DNA from: Candidatus Eiseniibacteriota bacterium
Lineage (GTDB): Bacteria; Eisenbacteria; RBG-16-71-46
Direction of reading: 5' to 3'
NCBI GenBank assembly: GCA_963707915.1
Contig: OY970178.1
Location: 416,001 to 480,000 of the forward strand
DNA: 64,000 bases
The notes under the pieces were generated by a model. The model saw nothing but the letters and a program-made list of their open reading frames with translations, did no database searches and was not told the origin of the DNA. The stretch's first letter is position 1, and every line of letters starts with the position of its first letter. The translations under genes and the position numbers were made by a program. This document shows, piece by piece, positions 53,401 through 63,700 of this stretch.

Positions 53401-53945
53401 ACGCGGTGGGCGACCTGCTGCAGCTCCCGCACGGCAGCGAGGTGCGGGTGGGCGGCCTCATCGGCGAGGTGCGCACGATCAATACGCGCGCCGGGAAGCT
53501 CATGGCCGCGGTGACGATCGAGGACCTGACCGGGCGGATCGAGGGTACGATGTTCCCGGACCTCTACGAGTCCTCGCGCGGCTGGCTGGTGGCGGACGAG
53601 ATCGTGGTGGTCTCCGGGCGGATCGAGACGCGGGACGACCGGGGCGCGAAGCTGCTGCTGACCGAGGTGCGCCGCCTCGACGAGGCCCGCGCGGCCTGGG
53701 CGCCGTGCCTGCACGTCGAGGTGCGGGCGGAGGACATCTCGGTGAAGTGGCTGGAAGAGGTGGACGAAGTGCTGTCATCCTGCCCGGGCAGTTCGGAGGT
53801 CTACCTGCACGTCATCATGCCGGACTTCTCGCGCAAGGCGAGGCGATCGCGGCGGTATCGCGTCGCGGAGGACAGCCCGGTGGCCGACGCGTTGCGGCAC
53901 CGGTTCCCGGGCCTGCGCGCGTTCTGGGGAAAGGGGGCGTCGTGA
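50484..53945 (+). CDS. dnaE: DNA polymerase III alpha subunit
   Basis: HLHNHSDYSLLDG PHP domain, GRGSVAGS, MPDIDIDF, FAGYGFN. Confidence 0.98.
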   Translation: MKFAEFVHLHNHSDYSLLDGAITVQAMVERAAQMHMPALALTDHGAMFGAVEFYQAASKAGVKPIVGMEAYVTRGRRTERTRETGMHHLVLLARDETGFRNLMRLSSLAFLEGFYYKPRVDHELLAQHSQGLLALSACPQGEVAADLLADDDDAAARTALLYREMFGAENYFLEIMNHGIEIEDKIRGKMRALSSRTGIPMVATNDNHYLERDHCEAQEVLLCIQTGKTMDDPKRMRSIENLHFRSPEEMAQAFADFPDALRNTIAVAERCNLQMAFGRPLLPAFPLPPGEGSPEEYLRGLAWAELGPRVPEVTEEVRKRFEYELDVICRMGFASYFLIVRDFIAFARARGIGVGPGRGSVAGSLVAYALHITDINPLEHGLIFERFLNPERVTMPDIDIDFDDLRRGEVIEYVKQRYGEANVTQIITFGTMGAKGVLRDVGRALGIAFADVDRVARMVPDGLGMTLARAFELSPDLKNLPQRGEPYARLLKNARVLEGIARHASTHAAGVLITPGALLDHVPLYRQKDESVTTQWDMKAVEKVGLLKMDFLGLRTLSVLEEAVRLIAEKTGERPDLSRLPLDDAPSYEVFQKAETVAIFQFESAGMRDYLRKLKPTVFEDLVAMNALYRPGPMENIPYFIDCKHGRQVVRYEHPALEPILQRTYGVFVYQEQVMEAAHRLAGFSLAQADELRRAMGKKLIAEMEKKQKAFLEGCAKHRIPAPKALKIFQTMEKFAGYGFNASHSAAYALIAYQCAWLKAHHPAELMAATLTSEMSDSSRIVTLIAECRHMGIEVLPPDVNRSQWRFSLEDGSIRMGLGAVRNVGQAAVEGLVAARERAAGQDAEAAPGGPFRDLFDLAQRVDIRTLNRRVLESLVAAGACDGLGAERGRMFAGAGRALDQAAALHRDRERGQSSLFGDEGRSVGVVAAPDLPAAPAWSSRERSAREKEVLGLYLSEHPLEPLRAELGRLATHAVGDLLQLPHGSEVRVGGLIGEVRTINTRAGKLMAAVTIEDLTGRIEGTMFPDLYESSRGWLVADEIVVVSGRIETRDDRGAKLLLTEVRRLDEARAAWAPCLHVEVRAEDISVKWLEEVDEVLSSCPGSSEVYLHVIMPDFSRKARRSRRYRVAEDSPVADALRHRFPGLRAFWGKGAS

Positions 53946-54904
53946 CGACCACGCTGGGATTCGAGAAGCCGGTGCTCGAGCTGGAGCAGCGGATCCAGGA
54001 ACTCAAGACGCGCGCCGCGGACAGCGGGCTGGAGGTGGGCGCCGAACTGGCGGAGCTCGAGCGCAAGGCGGACGCGCTGCGGCGCGAGATCTACGCCGGG
54101 CTCACGCCGTTCCAGCGGGTGCAGCTGGCGAAGCACCCCCGGCGCCCGTTCAGCCTCGACTACATCCAGGCCTGCTTCAGCGACTGGATGGAGCTGGCCG
54201 GGGACCGGCACTACGCCGACGACCCGGCGATGATGACGGGGCTCGCGCTGCTGGACGGGCGCCCGGTCATGCTCGTGGCGCAGCAGAAGGGGCGCGACAC
54301 GAAGGAGAACCTGTATCGCCGCTTCGGCATGTCGAATCCCGAGGGGTACCGCAAGGCGCTTCGCGTGATGAAGCTGGCCGAGCGCTTCGGGGTGCCGGTG
54401 ATCACGCTGGTGGACACGCCCGGGGCCTTCCCCGGGCTGGGCGCGGAGGAGCGCGGCCAGGCCGAGGCGATCGCGGTCAACCTGCGCGAGATGGCGCGCC
54501 TGCGCGTGCCGATCGTCACCGTCGTCATCGGCGAGGGCGGCTCGGGCGGGGCGCTGGGCATCGCCGTGGCGAACGTGGTGCTGATGTTCGAGAACTCGAT
54601 CTACTCGGTGATCTCGCCCGAGGGCTGCGCGGCGATCCTGTGGCGCGACCGGGCGCGCTCCGCCGACGCGGCGGAGGCGCTGAAGCTCACCGCCACCGAC
54701 CTGGTCCAGCTCGAGGTGGTGGAGGGCGTGCTGCCGGAGCCGCTGGGCGGGGCGCACCGCGACCCGGCGGCGGCGGCCGCCACGCTCAAGGCCGCGCTGA
54801 TCGAGCAACTGGATCGCCTGGCGTCGCTGAGCCCGGATCAACTCGTCGACCAGCGCCTGGCGCGATACCGGCGGATGGGGGTCTATCGGGACGACCGCGT
54901 TTGA
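53942..54904 (+). CDS. accA: Acetyl-CoA carboxylase carboxyltransferase alpha subunit
   Basis: PEGYRKALR, VDTPGAFPG, AEERGQ, GEGGSGGALG; GTGA overlap with dnaE. Confidence 0.97.
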   Translation: MTTTLGFEKPVLELEQRIQELKTRAADSGLEVGAELAELERKADALRREIYAGLTPFQRVQLAKHPRRPFSLDYIQACFSDWMELAGDRHYADDPAMMTGLALLDGRPVMLVAQQKGRDTKENLYRRFGMSNPEGYRKALRVMKLAERFGVPVITLVDTPGAFPGLGAEERGQAEAIAVNLREMARLRVPIVTVVIGEGGSGGALGIAVANVVLMFENSIYSVISPEGCAAILWRDRARSADAAEALKLTATDLVQLEVVEGVLPEPLGGAHRDPAAAAATLKAALIEQLDRLASLSPDQLVDQRLARYRRMGVYRDDRV

Positions 54905-55070
54905 CCGGCGGAAAACGCGGTTGCTAGACTGACGACACGCTGCGCCGACGCGATGGCCGGGGCCGCGCGGATGCTCCGGGCCGCACCGGGAGGACGACCG
55001 GCTCCCGCGATCGGGCGGCGCGCCTCCCGGGCGCAGTCCACGACGACAACGCGATCGACCGAGGGAACCG

Positions 55071-55238
55071 ATGCCGCTCAGTCCCGAACTGCTCAGCATC
55101 CTGGTGTGCCCCGCGTGCAAGGGCGACCTGGTCTACGAAGAGAGCCTGCAGCGCCTGACCTGCAACGCCTGCCGGTTGCGCTACCGCATCGTGGACGACA
55201 TCCCGGTGATGCTGGTCGAGGAAGCGGAGAAGTTCTGA
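55071..55238 (+). CDS. Trm112/YcaR family small protein
   Basis: [20 protein letters not shown]...[24 protein letters not shown]; 55 aa, not in the ORF track. Confidence 0.9.
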   Translation: MPLSPELLSILVCPACKGDLVYEESLQRLTCNACRLRYRIVDDIPVMLVEEAEKF

Positions 55239-55279
55239 CCACCCCTGGCGGTACGCCTCCCGGGGCCCGGCGCCGCGCC

Positions 55280-58200
55280 GTGTCCGGCCCGGGCCTGCTC
55301 GCGCTCGCGCTGCTGATCGGCGCCGGGGCGCCGGGCAGCGCGGTCGCGCAGTTCCAGGGCGTGAAGCTCGCGGCTGCCGGCGACGCCACGATCCGCTTCG
55401 AGCTGGCCGTGCCCGCACCCCGGTTCGAGGCCGTGCCGTCCGCGGACGGCACCGGGGCCGCCACGCGGCTCGTCCTCGACGGTCACGAGAGCGGCGTGGG
55501 GGCGGGGGACCGCGCGCTGCCGGGGCGTATCGTGGTCGTGGCGGTGCCGCCGCTGGGGGACGTCCGGGTGAGCGCGGTCGGTGGCGAGCCCGAGGTCCAC
55601 GAGGCGTTCCGGCTCGCGCCCGTGCCCGGCGCGCCGTCCGGCCCCGCGGCCGCCGGCGGCGGGGTGCGCGCGGAACTGCTGGGCGTGGGCTGGCTGCGCA
55701 ACCAGCGCATCGCACGGATCGCCGTCCACCCGGCCGACTACGACGCGGGCTCGCGCCGCCTCGTGGTCTACCGGCGCGTCGAGGTCACGGTCGCGGTCGA
55801 TCCGGCGGGCGACCTCGGCCCGCCGGCCGAGAGCCCGGACCCGTTCGAGGAGGTCTACCGGGGCGCGTTGCTCAACTACGAGCAGGGGCGAGGCTGGCGC
55901 CGGCCCGCGACCCGCCGGCTGCTCGCGGGCGCGGCCCTGCGGCCGGAACGGCTCGCCGCCTTCGCGGCCGCGGTGCCGGAGACCAGCATCTACGTCGGCC
56001 GGCAGTGGATCAAGATCGCGGTGCAGCAGAGCGGGTTCTACAAGGTGGAATACCGGCTGGTGCGGAACCTGTCGCTGTTCTCCGGCGACGTCGACGTGGA
56101 CGCCTCCGCGCCGCTCGACAGCCTGCGGCTGTTCAACTGGCCGGGAGTCCCGGTGCTCCCGGTGGACTCCTACTGCGACAGTTGCGACTACCGCGAGGTG
56201 GCCATCGCCTTCCAGGACGACGGCGACGGGCGCTTCGGGACCAACACCGACGCGTTCTACTTCTTCGCCATGGGGCCGAGCGACTGGGCCAGCCTCTACG
56301 ACGCGTCGAGACCGGAATCGATCTTCGTCGACCATCCGTACGAGACCAACAACTACTACTACCTGGCCCGCTCCACCCCCGAGGCGCCGATGGGCGGGAC
56401 GCCGATGCGGATCGCGTCCGTGAACGGCACCATCACCGACCCGTCGCTGTCCGCGTCCACCCCGGTCACCTTCCCCGCCCGCGGCCACTTCGAACAGGAC
56501 CTGGAGTACTGGCCCAACGCGTCGCCGCTCTACTCGATCAACGACCGGGCACGCTTCTGGGAGAAGTGGTTCTGGCAGGGCGTCTCCCCGGGCGGGAGTT
56601 CCACCGCCGTGCCGCCGGTGGACCTGCCGGGCGCCGACGTTGCGCAACCGTTCCGCCTGCGCGCGCTGGCCTGGGGCCTCAACGCGCCCGACGACTACCC
56701 CCTGCACGCCGTGTCGGCCGACTTCAACGGCCTGAGCCTCGAGCCGGCGCCGCGGGTGTTCTACGGGATGCTCGAGCAGGTCTACGACGTCACGCTCGCG
56801 AACCTGCAGACCGCCGGGAACCAGTTCATGATGCGGGTGCCGACGACGGTGAGCCAGAAGACCGGGCTGGCCTGGTACGACCTCTATTACCGGCGGGCCT
56901 TCCAGCCGGTGGGCGAGTGCCTCGCCTTCGACACGCCGGCGGGTGGGAACGGCGGCGTCATCTACCGTCTCGGACCGTTCGCTCACGCTGCGCCGCCATT
57001 CGTCTTCGACGTCACCGACCCGGTCCGGCCGGTGCAGGTGTTCATCCCCGTGGACACCACGCAGTACGCGCCGCGCCCGGACGGGTACTACCTGAGCTTC
57101 CAGGTCGTGGAGACGTCCCGGCGGCGCTACCGGGTGGTCGGCACGGACAGCATCACCTCGGTGCCGCAGCCGAACATCCTGGAGGCGCCGCTCACGAGCT
57201 TCGAGAACCTGCGATCCTTCACCGAGCGGGCGGACTACATCATCATCTACTACGACGGCTTCCGTGCCGCCGCCGACTCCCTGGCGGCGTGGCGGCGGGA
57301 GCACCTGCCCCTGGCGGGCGCGACGGCGCCGTTCATGGCGAAGACGGTGCCGATCTCGGCGCTGTACGACCAGTTCTCGGGCGGGCGCACGGACCCGGCG
57401 GCCATCCGCAACTTCCTGCGCGCGGCCTTCTACAACTGGAACGGGGGCGGCGATCCGCGTCGGCCCTCCTTCGTGACGCTGCTCGGGGACGCCTCCTACG
57501 ACTTCAAGAACATCACCGGCCGGGCGCCGGCGGGCCAGCCCGGTTGCCTGGTGCCGACCTACGAGGACAACTTCGACTACGGCGTGATGCGGCAGTTCGT
57601 CACCGACGACTGGATGCTCAACGTGGACTCCGCCGCGGTCGTGATCCCCGACTTCAACGGCGGGCGCCTGCCGGTCGGGGACCCGGCCACGGCGCTCGCG
57701 GTGGTCGTGGGCAAGGTGCTGGCCCACGAGCGCAGCTCGCCGCTCGGAGAGTGGCGCAACCGGCTCATGCTGATCGCGGACGACGACATGCAGGGAGCGA
57801 AGCCGGACCCGCTGCTCTGGACGCACCTGAAGCAGACCATGCGCCTGGACGCCTGGTTCACGCCCCCGCACATCGACCGGGAGTACGTCTACCTGCACAC
57901 CTATCCGACCGGTCCCGGGGCCAGCAAGCCGGGCGCCAAGGCGGCGATCCGCCAGGGGATCAACGACGGCGTGTCGCTGGTGAACTTCGTGGGGCACGGC
58001 AGCCCGTTCCAGCTCGCCGACGAGCGGGTGATGCTCGACAGCGACGTCGGTGCGCTGACGAACGCGCCGCGCTTCACGGTGCTGGTCGCGGCGTCCTGCG
58101 ACGTGGGGAAGTTCAGCGATCCGACGGTGCAGAGCCTGGGCGAGCGGCTCATCACCAGCACCGCCGGGGGCGCGGTCGGGGTCATCTCGGCGACCGAGCT

Positions 58201-59518
58201 CTCGTTCAGCGGGCAGAACGCGACGTTGAACCAGGACGTCTACCGGCAGCTGTTCTCGCGCGACACGATTTGCCAGTACCACACGCCGCTCTCGGCGGCC
58301 CTGCTGGCGACCAAGACCGGCGCGGTCAACCCGCAGAAGTACCAGCTCATGGGCGACGGGGCGACCCAGATGGCGCTGCCGCGGCTGTGGGTGGACATCG
58401 CGGTGGTGGACTCGACCGGGGCGCCGCTGACCGCGGTGAAGCGCGGACGGACGCTGGCCTTCCGGGGGCGCGTGCTGACCTGCCCGGGCGGCGGGGCGGT
58501 GCCCCTCGACGGCGTGGTGCGGCTGCTGATCGAGGACTCCCAGCCGATCGATTCGGTGATGACCGACGTGGTCTACGAGGGCGAACGCTACGTGGACTCG
58601 ACCCACTACTACTACCGGGCCGGCGCCATCTATCGCGGCGACGTGGGAGTGGCGAACGGCGAGTTCCACGGCCGCTTCGTGGTGCCGATGGAGGCGCGCG
58701 AGGGCGACCGGGGCCGCCTGCGGGCCTACGTCCAGGGGCGTGCGGCGGGCGAGGGCTTCGACACCGACGGCGTCGGGTTCTCGGCCACCGCGGTGGACTC
58801 GGGCGCGGCGCCGCCGGGCGACGTCACGGGGCCGCGGATCGGGCTCTCGTTCGTGGGAGGGGCGACCTCGGTGCGGGCCGACGCGGTCCTCCAGGTGGAC
58901 CTGTACGACGAGAACGGCATCCTCACCACGGACCACTCGCCGCGGAACGGCATCATCGTGACGGTGGACGACAACAGCGCGAGCCGCGTGGACATCACGG
59001 AGTCCTTCCGCTACGCGGCCGACTCCTACCAGTCGGGCCGGGCGACCTTCCAGCTCCCCGACCTGGCGGCGGGGCCGCACAAGGTCGGCGTGAGCGCCGC
59101 CGACAACCAGGCCGCGGGCCTGGGCGCCGGGCTCCACCGCTCGGAGGCCAGCCTCGACTTCATCGTGGTGGATCAGCCGAACCTGAGGATCACGAGGGCC
59201 CGGTTGTTCCCCAACCCGACCCAGTCCCGCGCGGACGGCGGCGGCGGCGGGCAATTCGTGGTGGACGCGCCCGGCGACTCGGTCAACACCCTGCTGCGCA
59301 TCTACACGGCTTCGGGCCGGCTCATCCGCACGCTCACCGTGTTCGGCGGGCTGGAGCAGGTGCAGGTGCCATGGGACGGACTGGACGAGGAGGGCGATCC
59401 GTTGGCCAATGGCGTCTACTTCTTCCGGGTGCACATCAACCCGCGGGATCCGGATGGCAGGAGCAGCCCGAGCCAGAAGGCCCACGCCGACGGACGTTTC
59501 GTCATTGTTAACCGGTGA
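55280..59518 (+). CDS. porU: Peptidase C25 (gingipain-fold), PorU-like, with FlgD-Ig C-terminus
   Basis: WIKIAV..SGFY, LYDQFSGG..DP.AIRNFL, LLGDASYD, NFVGHG and ASCDVG dyad, FPNP tail; start uncertain (55235-55280). Confidence 0.8.
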   Translation: MSGPGLLALALLIGAGAPGSAVAQFQGVKLAAAGDATIRFELAVPAPRFEAVPSADGTGAATRLVLDGHESGVGAGDRALPGRIVVVAVPPLGDVRVSAVGGEPEVHEAFRLAPVPGAPSGPAAAGGGVRAELLGVGWLRNQRIARIAVHPADYDAGSRRLVVYRRVEVTVAVDPAGDLGPPAESPDPFEEVYRGALLNYEQGRGWRRPATRRLLAGAALRPERLAAFAAAVPETSIYVGRQWIKIAVQQSGFYKVEYRLVRNLSLFSGDVDVDASAPLDSLRLFNWPGVPVLPVDSYCDSCDYREVAIAFQDDGDGRFGTNTDAFYFFAMGPSDWASLYDASRPESIFVDHPYETNNYYYLARSTPEAPMGGTPMRIASVNGTITDPSLSASTPVTFPARGHFEQDLEYWPNASPLYSINDRARFWEKWFWQGVSPGGSSTAVPPVDLPGADVAQPFRLRALAWGLNAPDDYPLHAVSADFNGLSLEPAPRVFYGMLEQVYDVTLANLQTAGNQFMMRVPTTVSQKTGLAWYDLYYRRAFQPVGECLAFDTPAGGNGGVIYRLGPFAHAAPPFVFDVTDPVRPVQVFIPVDTTQYAPRPDGYYLSFQVVETSRRRYRVVGTDSITSVPQPNILEAPLTSFENLRSFTERADYIIIYYDGFRAAADSLAAWRREHLPLAGATAPFMAKTVPISALYDQFSGGRTDPAAIRNFLRAAFYNWNGGGDPRRPSFVTLLGDASYDFKNITGRAPAGQPGCLVPTYEDNFDYGVMRQFVTDDWMLNVDSAAVVIPDFNGGRLPVGDPATALAVVVGKVLAHERSSPLGEWRNRLMLIADDDMQGAKPDPLLWTHLKQTMRLDAWFTPPHIDREYVYLHTYPTGPGASKPGAKAAIRQGINDGVSLVNFVGHGSPFQLADERVMLDSDVGALTNAPRFTVLVAASCDVGKFSDPTVQSLGERLITSTAGGAVGVISATELSFSGQNATLNQDVYRQLFSRDTICQYHTPLSAALLATKTGAVNPQKYQLMGDGATQMALPRLWVDIAVVDSTGAPLTAVKRGRTLAFRGRVLTCPGGGAVPLDGVVRLLIEDSQPIDSVMTDVVYEGERYVDSTHYYYRAGAIYRGDVGVANGEFHGRFVVPMEAREGDRGRLRAYVQGRAAGEGFDTDGVGFSATAVDSGAAPPGDVTGPRIGLSFVGGATSVRADAVLQVDLYDENGILTTDHSPRNGIIVTVDDNSASRVDITESFRYAADSYQSGRATFQLPDLAAGPHKVGVSAADNQAAGLGAGLHRSEASLDFIVVDQPNLRITRARLFPNPTQSRADGGGGGQFVVDAPGDSVNTLLRIYTASGRLIRTLTVFGGLEQVQVPWDGLDEEGDPLANGVYFFRVHINPRDPDGRSSPSQKAHADGRFVIVNR

Positions 59519-59701
59519 CGTGCCCGCCCTGCCGGCCCATCCGGGGGGCTGGCAAAGGGTTCGGGTCGGTGGAACGGGGCGCTCGTCGATCGGCCGGGCT
59601 CCCTGGTCCGAAATGCGTGGAACGTTCGGCGGGGCTCTAGTGTAGTATGTTGGACCGCTCGCGCGGGGGGACTGACCGTACTGACGGAGGAAGAACCCAA
59701 A

Positions 59702-60679
59702 ATGCGCTTCAATAACGCGACCGCAACCGCACTCATCGCCGGGCTCCTCTTCGCGGGGCCGGTTTTCGCGCAGGGGGCCGGCCGTTCTCTCGACATCCAG
59801 CCGGGTGCCCGGGAGAACGGGATGGGAGGGGCGGGAGTGGCCCTTGCCGACGATGCGACGGGGATGACCTGGTGGAACCCGGCGGGCCTGGGGTTCGCCA
59901 AGCGGTCCGCCATCCAGATGACCAACGCCAAGCTGGTGCCGGGCCTGGCGGACGACGTGGCCTACAACCACCTGGCCTACACGCTGCCCATGCAGGGCTG
60001 GGGCGGATTGGCCCTCTCGCTCGCCTTCCTCTCGTACGGGACCAGCATGGCCACCTCCACCGAGGGCGCCAACCTCGGGGAGTTCACCTCCTACGAGGCC
60101 TCCTCGGGGCTCTCCTACGGGGTGGACCTGCTGCCCGACCTGGCCGTCGGCGCCAGCGTCAAGTACATCCACATCCAGTTGTCGCCCGGGGGCATGGCGG
60201 GCGTGGAGAAGGGCGTGGCCTCGGCGCTGGGCTTCGACCTCGGGTTCCTCTACCGCCTCCAGCCGGCCCGGTTGCGCCTGGGAGCCACCATCCAGAACCT
60301 CGGGCCGAGCGTGGTGTTCATCGCCGAGGACCAGGCGAGTCCGCTCTCGCGGAACATCAAGGCGGGTTTCGCCTGGGAGCCGCTGCGCAGCGGCGGCGGC
60401 ATCACCTCGACGATCATCGGGGACTTCAACCAGTCGCTCGTGACCGAGGAATTCCGCACCTACAACGGCGGGATCGAGCTGAAGTACTCCAGCGAGACGG
60501 GCCAGGGGATCGGCCTCGCCGGGCGCGTCGGCTACTACTACGACCCGCTGGGTGAGATCAAGAACATCACGTACGGGCTGGGACTCAACTGGGGGAGGCT
60601 GGCGCTGGACTACGGTTCGGTCCCCCAGGCCACCACGCTCCCGTACGTCGATAAGTTCAGCCTGGGCTACCGCTTCTGA
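59702..60679 (+). CDS. porV: PorV/PorQ-family outer-membrane beta-barrel
   Basis: LDIQPGARENGMG, WWNPAGL, GATIQNLG, terminal LGYRF; follows the porU-like gene. Confidence 0.8.
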   Translation: MRFNNATATALIAGLLFAGPVFAQGAGRSLDIQPGARENGMGGAGVALADDATGMTWWNPAGLGFAKRSAIQMTNAKLVPGLADDVAYNHLAYTLPMQGWGGLALSLAFLSYGTSMATSTEGANLGEFTSYEASSGLSYGVDLLPDLAVGASVKYIHIQLSPGGMAGVEKGVASALGFDLGFLYRLQPARLRLGATIQNLGPSVVFIAEDQASPLSRNIKAGFAWEPLRSGGGITSTIIGDFNQSLVTEEFRTYNGGIELKYSSETGQGIGLAGRVGYYYDPLGEIKNITYGLGLNWGRLALDYGSVPQATTLPYVDKFSLGYRF

Positions 60680-60708
60680 GGGGTCCCGGCCCAATCGGAA
60701 AAGGATTC

Positions 60709-63700
60709 ATGCGCGGCGCCTTCCTGCCGGTCCTGCTGAGCCTGGTGCTGCTGCATTCGGCGGCACCCTCGGCGCAGGCCGCGGGAGCGCTGACGGTGCG
60801 CCGGGTCGCGGGCCCCGAGGAGGTCGCCCGGCTGCGGCGCCTCGGCCTGCCGGCTCCGGCCGAGGCGCGCCCCGCGGAGATGCGCATCCAGGCCGAGCTC
60901 GAGCGGCGCTGGCGCGCGACCCGCGACGTGCTCACCGCTCCCGGGGTGGACTGGTCGCTGCGCGGGCAGCGCCGCGCGAGCTGGCGCCCCGACGGGCGGC
61001 CGGCGCGTGACCCGCGGGCGGCGGCCGCGCGCGCGGTCGGGGTGGTCGCGGACGCGCCGCCGGAAACCCTGCGGGTGGCGTTCATCCGCATCGACTTCCT
61101 CGCGGACCGCGGCGGCGCCGCATCGACCGGTGACGGGCGCTTCGACCTGTCGCCCCTCGACACCAGCGCGAGCGCGATCCCGATCGACCCGCCGCCGCAC
61201 AACCGCGCGTTCTTCCAGGCCCACTTCGAGGCGCTCCGGCGCTACTACGCCGCCACCTCGTACGGGCGCGTGGTCCTGGTCGGCGAGGTCTGGCCCCGCG
61301 ACCCGAACGCGGCCTACTCGCTCAGCGACATGGCGGACTACGGCCCCTGGACCTTCGGCCAGGAGATCTACGGCGCGGCGGTGCGCATGTTCCGCGACAT
61401 GTTCTTCGCCGCGGACTCGCAGTCGGTGGCGCGCGGCGACGCCATCCCGTGGCGCGACTACGATCGCTTCTTCCTGATCCATGCCGGCAGCGACCTGCAG
61501 AGCGACGTGCTGCAGGACAGCAAGGAGGACATCCCGTCGTTCACCATCGGCGTGGACGGGGCCGACCGCGTGGTGTTCCGCGACACCACGGTGATCGGCG
61601 AGACCACCGTCATCGACTCGACGGTCATCGACCGGGCCACCATCGTGCCCGAGCTCGCCGCGCAGGACGGCTACTACGGCGCCATCAACGGAGTGATCGC
61701 GCACGAGGGCGGACACAACCTGCTCGGTCTCGCGGACCTCTACAACGTCGACACCGGCTACCCGGTGGTGGGCTTCTGGAGCCTGATGGACAGCGGCAAC
61801 CTGCTGGGCTCGCAGGTCACGCTGCGGGACGGCACCGTGATCTACGCCACCGGGCTGCTGCCCCCCAGCGTGGACCCCTGGCAGCGCGCCTTCACGACCG
61901 ACGTCCTGGCCTTCCCCGAGGCGGACTACGCCGCCGACACGATCGCCCTCGCGAACAGCGAGCGCCACCCGGACGTGCAGCGGGTCACGCTCTCGAGCGA
62001 CGAGTACCTGCTGCTCGAGAACCGCTACCTCGCGCCCGCGGACACGGTCCGGCTGGACCAGGACTCGACCAGCCGCGTCATCCTCGGCCCGCTGCGGCCC
62101 GGACCGGATGGAGTACGACGCGCTCCTGCCCGGCAGCGGGATCCTGGTGTGGCACATCGACGAGAGCGTGATCCCCTTCACGACCTCGCTGCGCGTCAAC
62201 CCGGGATACGGCTACAACACCAATCCCGATCGCCTGGGGATCTCGGTCCTCGAGAGCGACGGGCTCCAGGACCTGGGCGACCCGGGCTCGCCCTACTTCC
62301 TCGGCGCGCCCTTCGACCCGTGGTTCCGCAGCTTCAACCGGACGCTCTCGGACACGACCTTCCCGAACCTGATCCCGCACATCGGGACGCGGCCGCACGC
62401 GCGCCTGGACTTCTTCGACGATCCGGACTCGGTGATGCACTTCGGCGCCCGGCGTTCGTGGGCGCTGCCGGGCTGGCCGGTGGCCGCGGACTTCCCGCCC
62501 GGCGGGCCCGACCTGCTCGCGGTGGACGCGGACGGCGACCGGGCTCTCGAGGTCTGCTGGGCGGGAGGGCGCGATTCGCTCGACGTCCTGATGCCCGGCA
62601 ACCCGGACTCGATCATGCGGGTGGAGAACCCCGACCGCGCCGCGCTCTTCGCGGTGCGCCCCGACGGGGCCGCGCTCGACGGCTCGTACGCGTTCGCGCA
62701 CCTCGACGGCGTGCCGCGGCCCGAACTGGCCGCGCTCCCGATCGGCGAGGCGGGCCTGCCCGCCGCCGGCCCCGCCTGGTTCGCGGTCTCGACCTACGCG
62801 GCGGGCGCCGACACCAGCAGCCCGGGCGGGCGCGTGCTGCTGCTCGACCACCACGGCCAGGTGCGGCCCGGATGGCCGCCGGCCCTGTCGTCGGTCGTGA
62901 CCACGCCGCCGGTCATCGCCGGTGCCTACCCGGGCGCGGAGGTCTTCGTCGGCTGCGCCGACGGCACCGTCTACGGCCTCGACCTCGACGGCGCGGTCGT
63001 CGACTCCTTCCGCGTCACCGACCAGGCGAGCGGCCCGGTCACGGGCCGGCTCGCGGCGGTGCCCGCGCCGGGAGCGGGGGACGCGTGGCGGGTCGCGGCG
63101 GGCACCCGCGACGGCTGGATCGCCACCGGTCTTGCGCGCCACGCGACCAACGACCACGCCGCGGTGCGCGAGCTGTCGGTGGACCTCGGCGTCGCGGGAC
63201 TCGCGCCCGACTTCCTCTGGAACCCGTTCGACGGTGCGCTGCGTCCCGGCTCGGCCGGCGCGGGTGTGCGGGGCGCGGGGGTGGTGTGCGGCGCCGGCGA
63301 GTTCGCGCTCGTCGTCCACCACGCCGACCGCCTGTGGGCCTTCTGCCCGGACGGCACGCCGCTGGCCGGTTGGGGACGCTCCTTCGGCGACACGCTGGTG
63401 GCCGGGCTGGGAGCGGGCGATCCGGACGGCGACGGCCTGCCGGAGGTGCTCACGCAGAGCGTCCGCTCCGGGCTCGCGTTCGTGAGCCGGGGAGGCTATC
63501 CCTCGCCGGGGTGGCCGAAGCGCGGCACCACCGAGGACCTGCGCACCGGCAGCCCGCCGCTGGCGCTCGACGTGGACGGCGACGCCCGCAGCGAGATCGT
63601 CGGCATGAACGCGAGCGGCATCGTGGCGGCGCTGCGGGCCGACGGCAAGGTCCCCGAGGGCTGGCCGCTGGGCAGCGGCAGCGGCGCGACCGGCTCGCCG

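Noticed and set aside
52088..53941. N-terminal extension of accA (938 aa in the track)
   Set aside because: Out-of-frame overlap with dnaE; AccA similarity starts at GTG 53942
50484..53945. Intein or split in dnaE
   Set aside because: 1153 aa is a normal length and the motifs are continuous
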